DNA of 25,127 nucleotides, from positions 1-25,127 of the forward strand of contig QMTG01000001.1 in the NCBI GenBank assembly GCA_003649915.1, in the 5' to 3' direction. This stretch comes from Thermoplasmata archaeon. Lineage in GTDB: Archaea > Thermoplasmatota > Thermoplasmata > B31-G17. Made by a program: the position numbers and the translations under genes. The notes under the pieces are model-generated. The model did no database searches, was not told the origin of the DNA, and saw nothing but the letters and a program-made list of their open reading frames with translations. This document shows, piece by piece, positions 17,261-25,127 of the stretch (positions within the stretch are counted from its first letter, which is position 1; the number at the start of each line of letters is the position of its first letter).

Positions 17261-17821
17261 ATGTACCTGATTGTTGCCCTCAGAGCGTTCTGGTTGTTCA
17301 TACCCGCGTATATTGCGAACCCTTCGGCTGTGGTGTTTGGCGGTCTTGCTCCCATAGATTTTGGAAAAAAGTTCGTTGATGGGCGGAGAATACTGGGCGA
17401 TGGGAAAACGTACAGTGGCCTTATTGGTGGCGGGCTGGCAGGGGTGTTTTTTGGCATGATACAAATGGCTATATCGCATCCATGGGACCCTATTGAGCAC
17501 TTCGGGTTTGGTGGGCTGCAAAGAGCGATATATATAATGCTAGCCCTATCCTTCGGGGCTTTGCTGGGAGACATGCTTGGTAGTTTTATCAAGCGCAGGC
17601 TTGGAGTGGAAAGGGGGGAAAGATTTCCCGGCTTGGACCAATACGACCTTGTACTTGGCGCGTTTTTGCTCACAATTCTCGTGGACAAGAGATGGGTATT
17701 TGACAATTATATTGCTAACAACTTTGCAGGTCTGTTGACAATCATTATCCTAACACCTCTTTTACATAAACTCGTAAACATCATAGGATATAAAAGTGGT
17801 CTTAAGAATGTCCCATGGTGA
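17261..17821 (+). CDS. carS: CDP-2,3-bis-(O-geranylgeranyl)-sn-glycerol synthase (CDP-archaeol synthase)
   Basis: PAYIAN, PIDFGK..DGRRILGDGKT, GALLGDMLGSFIKRRLG..RG...PGLDQYD. Confidence 0.92.
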   Translation: MYLIVALRAFWLFIPAYIANPSAVVFGGLAPIDFGKKFVDGRRILGDGKTYSGLIGGGLAGVFFGMIQMAISHPWDPIEHFGFGGLQRAIYIMLALSFGALLGDMLGSFIKRRLGVERGERFPGLDQYDLVLGAFLLTILVDKRWVFDNYIANNFAGLLTIIILTPLLHKLVNIIGYKSGLKNVPW

Positions 17822-17826
17822 TAAGG

Positions 17827-18357
17827 ATGGTGAATATAGACCTAGTAGATGCACTAAAGGGCTGCGGTGCTGTGAAATTTGGAGATTTTGTTCTAGCATC
17901 AGGGAAGAGAAGTAGCTACTACATTGATATTAAGATAGCTCTTACAAAGCCTGAAATACTTGCAGAGATTGCCCGCAGAATGGTGAAACTTCTGGATGGT
18001 GATAAAGTCGCCGGTATGGAACTCGGTGCTGTTCCAATAGCCACGGCTGTTGCAATGCTATCGCACAAGGAGATGGTAATTATTAGAAAGAGGGAGAAAG
18101 GTCACGGGCTTAGTGGAAGAATAATAGGTGATGTGAGTACAGGGGACAGAATAACAGTTGTTGAGGATGTCACAACCACAGGCGGCTCGCTTATCGACGC
18201 CATAAATGTGCTCAGAGCAGTTGGCGGTGAGGTAAAGAGGGCACTTGTTGTTGTTGACCGAGATGAAGGGGCTGTGGATGAGTTGAAAAAAATCGGTGTT
18301 GAGTTGGTTCCATTGCTCACGGCAAAGGAATTGCTCAGGGGTGAAGGAATACCATGA
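17827..18357 (+). CDS. pyrE: Orotate phosphoribosyltransferase
   Basis: FVLASGKRSSYYID, RKREKGHG, PRPP-binding VVEDVTTTGGS. SD GGTGA precedes ATG17827. Confidence 0.94.
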   Translation: MVNIDLVDALKGCGAVKFGDFVLASGKRSSYYIDIKIALTKPEILAEIARRMVKLLDGDKVAGMELGAVPIATAVAMLSHKEMVIIRKREKGHGLSGRIIGDVSTGDRITVVEDVTTTGGSLIDAINVLRAVGGEVKRALVVVDRDEGAVDELKKIGVELVPLLTAKELLRGEGIP

Positions 18358-20195
18358 AGAATAGCCATATGCTCGTGGTATTGCTGATAGTTCTATCCGT
18401 AGCCTTTCCCGCCTTTCAGGGGATGCAAGATAGTGCGAATACTGCCCCCTCCTTTGAGGAATTATTTTCCGGGTATTTCAACTACACGAGCATGAGCATT
18501 GAACTTCACAAAATTGCGTCCGAGCATCCTGACATTGTTCGCCTTTATGACCTTACAAAAAACACGGAATATGGCGCTACATGGATGGGGAGGGCTGTAT
18601 GGGCGGTTAAGATATCGGACAATCCTGACATGGAGGAGAACGAGCCCAAGATTCTCGTGGTCGGTGCTCATCATGCTAGGGAGTGGATGAGTTACGAAGT
18701 TCCCATGTATCTCATATATTACCTTGTGGACAACTATGGAAAACCGCCGACGGACAATGACAACGATGGGCTTGTTGATGAAGACCCGATAGATATGAAG
18801 GATAACGACAATGATGGGCTCATTGATGAGGATTGGTCTGAGGCGCAGGCTACATGGATTGTTAATCACAGGGAAATCTGGGTAATACCCATGCTAAACC
18901 CCGATGGTGTGGAGTATGACCATCAGATTTCCAATCTTGGCGTTAATGGAGGTTGGAGAAAAAATTGCAGGGATAACAACAAGAATGGTGTGTTTGATGA
19001 GCAATTTGACGGTGTTGACCTGAACAGAAATTATCCTTATATGTGGGCTAGGAACAGATACATGCAGGTGATAAGCAGGAACGGCATTGCAATAACCGCC
19101 GATAGCAGCAACCCGGCATCGGACACATATCACGGTCCTGATGACAATTATGACGATGATGGTGATGCGCTCGTCCATGCACCCGACTGGTTTCCCCAGC
19201 ACTATATCTATGATTGGAACAAGATTGATGAAGACCCAGTTGATAGTGTGGACAATGACAACGATGGGCTTGTTGATGAGGACAAGGATGGCGGCTTTTC
19301 AGAGCCTGAAACCCAAGCAATACGTTCCATTGTTAAAACACTTGATGATGAAGAGGGCACGGGCAATATATCCTTTTCCATATCACTGAGTTATCACTCG
19401 TTCGGTGAACTGATAGTTTACCCCTGGGGGTATACGTACGACCCAACACCAGACGATTCCCTTTTTAAAGACCTCGGAGCAAGGATGGCAAGGTATAACG
19501 GATACAAGGTAATAAAAGGCTCCGACCTGTACTTAACATCTGGAGATCTCGATGACTGGCTTTATGGCGCAGCCCATACCCTGCCCTTCACAATAGAGCT
19601 TAACAGCCAAGAAGACGGTTTTCATCCAATGCCCGAGAAAATTGTGCCAACCTGTAGGCTGAACTTGGGTGTAAACCTGTACGCTGCAGAGTATGCTGAT
19701 GTTGCCGATGAGGCAAAGAGCATAAATGCGAAGAGCATGAACATACCGCTGCCATCCATAGAGTATGAGCATACGAAGGATATTGCTCTGTGCACGGAAG
19801 ACTACAGGGTTGTTGTCAGGGTGGTAAATGAGTCCCTAGCCAAGGAAGTCGTATTATGGTATAGCGTTGACGGATGGAGGTACAACAGGATAAACATGAG
19901 CAGTATCGGGGGCGGATATTACGAGGCGTATATTCCGAGGCAGGAGGCTGGCACCGTTGTCAGGTATTACATAGACGTGTGCGATTCCTTTGGGGTGCAC
20001 ATTTATTCGCCAAAATACGCAGAGGCTGAGGCTTACGAGTATTTCGTAGATTACGACATTGGCCATGGACCAGGTGCGATTTTTATGATGGCAGTGATGA
20101 TAATACTGGTTTGCGGCATAATTTATGGGGGGCTAATAAAAACATTAAACATCGCCATCAAGGCTGAGAGGAGGAAAATCGATGGCGGAAGATAG
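18354..20195 (+). CDS. Secreted, membrane-anchored M14 zinc carboxypeptidase with acidic DxDxDG repeat insertions
   Basis: Signal peptide; HHARE (HxxE), NPDG, WRKN, GVDLNRNY, SEPET, SYHS, GDLDDW, FTIEL; C-terminal beta-rich domain and TM helix. Confidence 0.9.
   Translation: MKNSHMLVVLLIVLSVAFPAFQGMQDSANTAPSFEELFSGYFNYTSMSIELHKIASEHPDIVRLYDLTKNTEYGATWMGRAVWAVKISDNPDMEENEPKILVVGAHHAREWMSYEVPMYLIYYLVDNYGKPPTDNDNDGLVDEDPIDMKDNDNDGLIDEDWSEAQATWIVNHREIWVIPMLNPDGVEYDHQISNLGVNGGWRKNCRDNNKNGVFDEQFDGVDLNRNYPYMWARNRYMQVISRNGIAITADSSNPASDTYHGPDDNYDDDGDALVHAPDWFPQHYIYDWNKIDEDPVDSVDNDNDGLVDEDKDGGFSEPETQAIRSIVKTLDDEEGTGNISFSISLSYHSFGELIVYPWGYTYDPTPDDSLFKDLGARMARYNGYKVIKGSDLYLTSGDLDDWLYGAAHTLPFTIELNSQEDGFHPMPEKIVPTCRLNLGVNLYAAEYADVADEAKSINAKSMNIPLPSIEYEHTKDIALCTEDYRVVVRVVNESLAKEVVLWYSVDGWRYNRINMSSIGGGYYEAYIPRQEAGTVVRYYIDVCDSFGVHIYSPKYAEAEAYEYFVDYDIGHGPGAIFMMAVMIILVCGIIYGGLIKTLNIAIKAERRKIDGGR
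18752..19279 (+). repeat. Exact 30-nt direct repeat inside the M14 peptidase gene (18752-18781 and 19250-19279)
   Basis: GGACAATGACAACGATGGGCTTGTTGATGA occurs twice, 498 nt apart, in frame, encoding DNDNDGLVDE. Confidence 0.85.
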
Positions 20196-21624
20196 GTTCA
20201 CGTCAAGGTGGGGCTTTATACTGGCGGCGTTGGGTGCGGCAATAGGCACGGGAAACATTTGGAGGTTTCCAAGGGAGGCCGCCAAATACGGTGGGGGGGC
20301 GTTTATAGTTGCATGGATAATTGCACTGTTTCTTTGGTCAATTCCTTTGCTCATGACAGAGTTTGCAATAGGTAGAAAAACCAGAAAGAGCGTTATTGGA
20401 TCCTTTGCCGAGTTTCTTGGAGAAAAATACGTATGGATGGGTGCATGGATAGTTTTTGTCTCCACAGCCATCAACTTTTATTACTCGGTCGTAATGGGCT
20501 GGACAATAAGATATTTTTTTCTTTCTGCCTCTGGCGGGCTTTACAAGGGCGTGAATACATCATCGCTCTGGTACAGTTTTATATCAACCCCGTACAAGGT
20601 TATTGCGTTCCACGTGATTGCTGTACTTCTAGGCTGGTTTGTTGTAAGGAGGGGCGTATCCAAGGGAATAGAACTCACAAATAAGATACTGCTTCCATCA
20701 CTGCTCTTCCTCATCACGGTGGCAGCAATATGGTCTCTCACCCTTCCCAATGCGATAAACGGGCTAAAATACATGTTCATACCCAGGGTTCATATGTTCG
20801 GAAACGCAGAGATGTGGATTCATGCCCTTGCCCAGTCAGCATGGTCTTGCTCTGCAGGAATGGGCATGGCAATAACGTACGCCGTGTACACAAAAAAGAG
20901 GGAAGACGTTGCCCTGAACGCCTTTATTGTGGGATTCGGCAACAACTCCGCATCATTAATAGCAGGCGTCGCAGTTCTCTGCACCCTCTTCGGCCTATCG
21001 CCAACAATTGCGGATGCTTATCGGGGAATAGAGGCGGGAAGTAGTGGCTTGACTTTCATACATCTAGCCCATCTATTTTCTCTCATGCCCGTGGGTGCAT
21101 TGATTGCGGCAATTTTTTTCCTATCAATGAGTTTTGCTGCGCTCACTTCACTAATATCGGGGTTTGAAATTGCCATATGCTCGCTAATGGATGCGGGCTT
21201 TGAAAGAAAAAGGGCGGCAAATTACATAGCCTTGGCTACTCTACTCTTTGGCCTGCCATCCGCCATCAGCATATCCGTGCTTGAAAACCAAGACGCTGTG
21301 TGGAGTCTCGGTCTATTGCCAAGCGGTCTCTTTATATCCTTTATTGCAATAAAGTATGGAGCAAGCAAGTTTAGAAGCGCATTTATAAACACAGAAGACA
21401 GTGATATTTTCGTAGGTAAGTGGTGGGACCTAATAATATGCCTTCTGCTTCCTGCAGAGTTCTTCATAATGTTTGTCTGGTTCATGGCGGAGGTGGTCAA
21501 AACATCGCCACTCACATTTGCCACGCTGGTAATCCAATGGGGCACGGTCATGTTTTTGCTTGTGAGATTCAGGAAGAAACTGTACAGCATTTTTTACTCA
21601 AGAAAGGAGGGTAAGAAAAAATGA
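20182..21624 (+). CDS. Sodium-dependent transporter, neurotransmitter:sodium symporter (NSS/LeuT) family
   Basis: RWGFILAALGAAIGTGNIWRFP, GGGAF, ALAQSAWS, AALTSLIS and many TM segments. Confidence 0.93.
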   Translation: MAEDRFTSRWGFILAALGAAIGTGNIWRFPREAAKYGGGAFIVAWIIALFLWSIPLLMTEFAIGRKTRKSVIGSFAEFLGEKYVWMGAWIVFVSTAINFYYSVVMGWTIRYFFLSASGGLYKGVNTSSLWYSFISTPYKVIAFHVIAVLLGWFVVRRGVSKGIELTNKILLPSLLFLITVAAIWSLTLPNAINGLKYMFIPRVHMFGNAEMWIHALAQSAWSCSAGMGMAITYAVYTKKREDVALNAFIVGFGNNSASLIAGVAVLCTLFGLSPTIADAYRGIEAGSSGLTFIHLAHLFSLMPVGALIAAIFFLSMSFAALTSLISGFEIAICSLMDAGFERKRAANYIALATLLFGLPSAISISVLENQDAVWSLGLLPSGLFISFIAIKYGASKFRSAFINTEDSDIFVGKWWDLIICLLLPAEFFIMFVWFMAEVVKTSPLTFATLVIQWGTVMFLLVRFRKKLYSIFYSRKEGKKK

Positions 21625-22676
21625 AAGTAATATCCGTAGTGGGGGCAAGACCCCAGTTTGTAAAGGTGGCGCTTGTTGTTAAAGAACTGGCAGAACGGGG
21701 CATTGAAGCCCCAATCGTGCACACAGGGCAGCACTACGATTATGAAATGTCCGCCTTATTTTTTAAAGAACTGGAGATCCCAGAGCCTGTTGTAAACCTG
21801 AACGTGGGCTCGGGCACTCATGCAGAGCAGACCTCAAAAATGCTGCTTGGGTTGGAGAAAATTCTTCTCAGGGAAAGGCCTCACGCTATTATCGTGTACG
21901 GGGATACAAACTCCACACTCGCTGGCGCGCTTTCCGCGGCAAAGCTTAACATAACAATATGTCATGTAGAGGCTGGCCTTAGATCATATAACAGAAAAAT
22001 GCCTGAAGAAATAAACAGAATAGTATCTGATCATCTGTCTGATGTGCTATTCGCCCCGACAAGGCACGCGCTTGAAATTTTGAAAAGGGAAGGGCTGGGA
22101 GATAAAGCACATATGGTCGGGGATGTGATGTATGATGTTCTACTTAGATACATGGATATGAGCATGTCCAGCACTGTTGTGGAAAAAATGGGCTTGGAAC
22201 CAAAAAAATATTATCTGGCCACGGTGCACAGGGCTGAGAACACAGACGACCCGAAAAGGCTGAGTGATATCATCAGCGCTCTCTCCGCTCTCGACCTTCC
22301 TGTAATCTTTCCTGCGCATCCGAGAACAAAAAAGCGCATGGAAGAGTATGGTATAAAGATGGATGGCAGTATAAGGCTTGTCAGCCCCATGAGTTATCTT
22401 GAGTTCATAACATTGTTAAGGTATGCTGCCAAGGTTCTAACTGATTCGGGCGGTGTGCAAAAAGAGGCCTACGTGCTCGGTGTTCCGTGTATAACGCTAA
22501 GGGACGAGACCGAATGGGTGGAGACTGTCGAAGACGGATGGAACATACTTGTTGGAGCGTCAAGGGATAGAATAATTACCGCTGTTGCCAAGTTCTCGCC
22601 AAAGGGGGAAAGAAAAAAACACTACGGCGATGGATACGCGCATAAGAGGATTGCAGATGTTGTAGAGGGGCTTTAA
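21621..22676 (+). CDS. wecB: UDP-N-acetylglucosamine 2-epimerase (non-hydrolysing)
   Basis: GARPQFVK, HTGQHYD, VYGDTNS, HVEAGLRS, PEEINR, TDSGGVQKEA, RDETEW. Confidence 0.95.
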   Translation: MKVISVVGARPQFVKVALVVKELAERGIEAPIVHTGQHYDYEMSALFFKELEIPEPVVNLNVGSGTHAEQTSKMLLGLEKILLRERPHAIIVYGDTNSTLAGALSAAKLNITICHVEAGLRSYNRKMPEEINRIVSDHLSDVLFAPTRHALEILKREGLGDKAHMVGDVMYDVLLRYMDMSMSSTVVEKMGLEPKKYYLATVHRAENTDDPKRLSDIISALSALDLPVIFPAHPRTKKRMEEYGIKMDGSIRLVSPMSYLEFITLLRYAAKVLTDSGGVQKEAYVLGVPCITLRDETEWVETVEDGWNILVGASRDRIITAVAKFSPKGERKKHYGDGYAHKRIADVVEGL

Positions 22677-22679
22677 AAT

Positions 22680-23687
22680 ATGCTCTGGAACATACCAACA
22701 ATACTAGGACCACAGGAATTGCTGGATAAGGCTTTGAGAAAGGCGTCCAAGATAAGCGTGAGCGCAGCCAGTAATAAAAAAATAGATGTTGAGAGGGCAA
22801 AAACAGTTGCAAAAATACACTCGGTGCGCGATACACTCTGCGCAACGCTTGACAGATACGTTAGAGCATTTCCGAGCATGGATAATATTCATCCATTTTA
22901 CAGAAGCCTGATTGATGTGTTAATAGGTGTCGATTCTCTCAGGATATCTCTAGCATCAGTATCAGGATGCTCCAAAAACATAAGAAAGGTTGCTCGAGAA
23001 ATCGTTGGCAGCGTGAGAAGGGCAAGAAGTGTGGAATATATAAACAAAAAGAGAAAGGAGTTTTACGGGCGTATATCCTCGATGATATATGGCATCGGCG
23101 ATAACATTGCATTTTTGCAAAGTGCACGGGAAACAATTAAAAGTTTCCCAGAAGTCTCGCCAAATCTGCCAACTGTTGTGATTGCAGGAGCGCCAAATGT
23201 TGGTAAGTCCATGATAGTGGCATGTTTATCGTCAGCAAAGCCAAAGATTGCAAGTTATCCTTTTACCACAAAAAAATTATCCGTGGGTCACTTTGTGCAT
23301 GAGCACATGAAATACCAGGTGATTGATACCCCCGGACTTCTTGACAGACCCCTTGAGCAGAGGAATAAAATAGAAAGACAGGCAATACTTGCCCTGAGAT
23401 ACCTAGCCCATCTGATAGTCTTCGTTTTTGATTTATCAGAAAGTTGCGGGTATGGCGTTGGGGAGCAAAAAAAGATACTGCAAAGTATAAAAAAGGATTT
23501 CAGAACAATTCCGATGATAATCGTGGAGAATAAGTCTGATATCTGCGATAAAACGCTGGGGTTTGTCAGGATATCCGCGCTTACAGGTAAAGGGATAGAG
23601 GAACTTTTGTCCTTAATTGCAGAAACAATGAAACACAGGAAAAGGGGAGGTAATATTGAAAAAGAAAGAATTGGAACTGTTGCTTGA
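22680..23687 (+). CDS. nog1: NOG1-family GTP-binding protein
   Basis: N-terminal helical domain (IHPFYRSLI), G1 GAPNVGKS, G2 YPFTTK, G3 DTPGLLDR, G4 NKSD. Confidence 0.92.
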   Translation: MLWNIPTILGPQELLDKALRKASKISVSAASNKKIDVERAKTVAKIHSVRDTLCATLDRYVRAFPSMDNIHPFYRSLIDVLIGVDSLRISLASVSGCSKNIRKVAREIVGSVRRARSVEYINKKRKEFYGRISSMIYGIGDNIAFLQSARETIKSFPEVSPNLPTVVIAGAPNVGKSMIVACLSSAKPKIASYPFTTKKLSVGHFVHEHMKYQVIDTPGLLDRPLEQRNKIERQAILALRYLAHLIVFVFDLSESCGYGVGEQKKILQSIKKDFRTIPMIIVENKSDICDKTLGFVRISALTGKGIEELLSLIAETMKHRKRGGNIEKERIGTVA

Positions 23688-24264
23688 AAAACTTGAAAAA
23701 CCAAGAGAGCCAAAGGCCGAACTTGAACAGTATACAACGCCGTCCTCAATAGCAGCGGACATACTGTTCTTCGCCCACATGATGGGGGACATAGAAGGCT
23801 GTGTGGTTGCAGACCTTGGCTGTGGCGCGGGAGTGTTTGCAATTGGTGCGTCAATTCTCGGGGCAAGGGAAGTGTACGCTGTAGATGTGGATAAGGAAAT
23901 GCTATCAATAGCCGCTGAGAATGCTAAAAAGGCTGGTGTTTTAATAACTCTCCTGCACATGGATGTAAAGGATTTTGATTATTCCGTTGACACAGTAATA
24001 CAAAATCCGCCGTTTGGAGCACAGAAAAAGCACGCCGATAGGCAGTTCTTGGATACAGGGATAAGGGTTGCCAAGGTCATTTACACCATGCACAACAGTA
24101 ACACGGAGGATTTTGTAACCTCATACCTTGAGGGAAAAGGGGCACGCATAACTCACAAAAAGCATTATAAGTTTCCCATACATTACACCTTTCACTTCCA
24201 TAAAAAGGAGAGAATGGTATTTGATGTGGTGCTGATAAGGGCGGTGAGAGATGATGAACGATGA
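23656..24264 (+). CDS. METTL5-family N6-adenine RNA methyltransferase
   Basis: ELEQYTTP, VADLGCGAG, NPPFG amino-methylase motif. TTG start after GGAGGT. Confidence 0.9.
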   Translation: MKKKELELLLEKLEKPREPKAELEQYTTPSSIAADILFFAHMMGDIEGCVVADLGCGAGVFAIGASILGAREVYAVDVDKEMLSIAAENAKKAGVLITLLHMDVKDFDYSVDTVIQNPPFGAQKKHADRQFLDTGIRVAKVIYTMHNSNTEDFVTSYLEGKGARITHKKHYKFPIHYTFHFHKKERMVFDVVLIRAVRDDER

Positions 24265-24817
24265 GCAGTATGCACTGCCGGGAGACATAATAGGTACCAT
24301 TGAGCAGTTTTCCCCAGGAAAAGGAACGTACGAGATGAATGGAAACATATACTCCGCAATAATGGGAAGGGTTATCGTCAATAGAGCAAAGATGGAGGTG
24401 TGGATAAAGCCATTTAAAACCCTCCCTGTTCTCAAAAGAGGAGATATTGTTTATGCCCGCGTGATTGGTATAAGAGAATTTGGTATTGTGGTTCGCATTC
24501 TTAAGATAGAGGGCATAAACAGAGAGATCTGCGGAGATACCGAGGGATACATACACGTATCAAAAATATCCAGAGAGTTTGTGGACGACCCGAGAAAAAC
24601 AATGAGAATAGGCGATATAATAAGGGCAAGCGTGATCCAAGGAAGGCCTGTGGTTCAACTGACAACCTCAGCCCGCCATCTTGGCGTTGTTCTTGCACTT
24701 TGCACGAAATGCAGAAGACCGCTTACAAGGAAGGGGCACAGGCTTTATTGCACAAGATGCCGAAGATATGAGGACAGAAAAATTGCCTCAGACTACAGAG
24801 CTGTAAAAAAAGTTTAA
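24251..24817 (+). CDS. csl4: Exosome complex RNA-binding protein Csl4
   Basis: ALPGDIIG N-terminal domain, S1 domain (GDIVYARV...GDIIRASV), Zn ribbon CTKC...CTRC, RKIASDY. Confidence 0.92.
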   Translation: MMNDEQYALPGDIIGTIEQFSPGKGTYEMNGNIYSAIMGRVIVNRAKMEVWIKPFKTLPVLKRGDIVYARVIGIREFGIVVRILKIEGINREICGDTEGYIHVSKISREFVDDPRKTMRIGDIIRASVIQGRPVVQLTTSARHLGVVLALCTKCRRPLTRKGHRLYCTRCRRYEDRKIASDYRAVKKV

Positions 24818-24820
24818 GTA
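24813..24820 (+). promoter_or_regulatory. Putative TATA box of the tRNA-Ser gene
   Basis: TTTAAGTA ends 25 nt before the tRNA 5' G and overlaps the csl4 stop codon. Confidence 0.5.
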
Positions 24821-24844
24821 TTTCGGCTCAATATTTTATTATGC

Positions 24845-24933
24845 GCTGAGGTAGCCTAGCCCGGACGAAGGCGCCGGCCTTGAGAGCCGGTGGGGCAATA
24901 AGCCCCTCGGGAGTTCAAATCTCCCCCTCAGCG
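24845..24933 (+). tRNA. tRNA-Ser (anticodon UGA), no intron, CCA not encoded
   Basis: Acceptor GCTGAGG/CCTCAGC with discriminator G; anticodon arm CCGGC-CTTGAGA-GCCGG; long variable arm GGGGC-AATAA-GCCCC; T arm GGGAG-TTCAAAT-CTCCC. Confidence 0.97.
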
Positions 24934-24964
24934 TTTATAGGTTATAATAATGTGTCTACCAGCA

Positions 24965-25041
24965 GGGAGATTTGAACGTGTTGGAAAACCGTGCTATGGG
25001 CAATAATAAGGTGAGTTTTTCCAACGAAGGGCAAATCTCCC
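24965..25041. repeat. Nested inverted repeat downstream of tRNA-Ser
   Basis: Outer stem GGGAGATTTG (24965-24974) / CAAATCTCCC (25032-25041); inner stem GTTGGAAAA (24980-24988) / TTTTCCAAC (25017-25025). Confidence 0.75.
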
Positions 25042-25052
25042 CTTTATTGGTG

Positions 25053-25066
25053 TTTTTTAAAAAAAA
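25053..25066. terminator. Possible oligo-T terminator (T6 on plus strand, T8 on minus strand)
   Basis: TTTTTTAAAAAAAA just after the hairpin. Archaeal intrinsic termination uses U tracts. Confidence 0.35.
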
Positions 25067-25127
25067 TGGTGAATGTATTAAAAAACTGTGGAGAATAATG
25101 CACAGATAAATGGATAAACTTTTAATG

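Noticed and set aside
226-24698. The many 60-216 aa ORFs overlapping the called genes (e.g. 1249-1743, 4242-4736, 7312-7908, 14556-15083, 17056-17706, 23288-23908)
   Set aside because: They lie antisense or out of frame within well-supported genes and show no recognisable motifs.
24845-24933. Selenocysteine or suppressor tRNA
   Set aside because: The anticodon is UGA, which reads the Ser codon UCA. tRNA-Sec would need anticodon UCA. The 7-bp acceptor stem and G discriminator fit tRNA-Ser.
1-25127. CRISPR array, transposase, integrase, rRNA or a foreign-composition island
   Set aside because: No periodic repeat-spacer pattern, no recombinase motifs, and no obvious compositional shift among the coding regions by eye.

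Overview
Archaeal chromosomal segment, mostly housekeeping, with about 27 CDS and one tRNA-Ser(UGA). Archaeal markers: NAC, CarS, Csl4, Nog1, METTL5-like methylase, long-type FKBP, TATA boxes and GGAGGTGA ribosome-binding sites. A Thermoplasmatota-like euryarchaeon is my inference from protein style and is not verified. Left part: cupin, nac, SAM methyltransferase, a hutI / purine phosphorylase / MTA-SAH deaminase operon, PrsW protease, a small unannotated ORF and pdxT. Centre: a divergent pair made of a large sequon-rich CARDB surface protein and a four-gene type IV pilus/Tad-like machine (ATPase - platform - platform - ATPase). The two paralogous ATPases deviate in different catalytic motifs, and no pilin is encoded in the window. 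Then FKBP, truD and a membrane protein with a C-x2-C-x5-C-x18-C motif. Right part: a tightly packed run carS-pyrE-M14 carboxypeptidase (acidic repeat insertions)-NSS transporter-wecB-nog1-METTL5-csl4-tRNA-Ser. It is followed by a nested hairpin whose arm is a perfect 13-nt complement of the tRNA T-loop/T-arm. No transposase, integrase, CRISPR array or rRNA was seen. All family calls come from motif recognition by eye; no database search was run.
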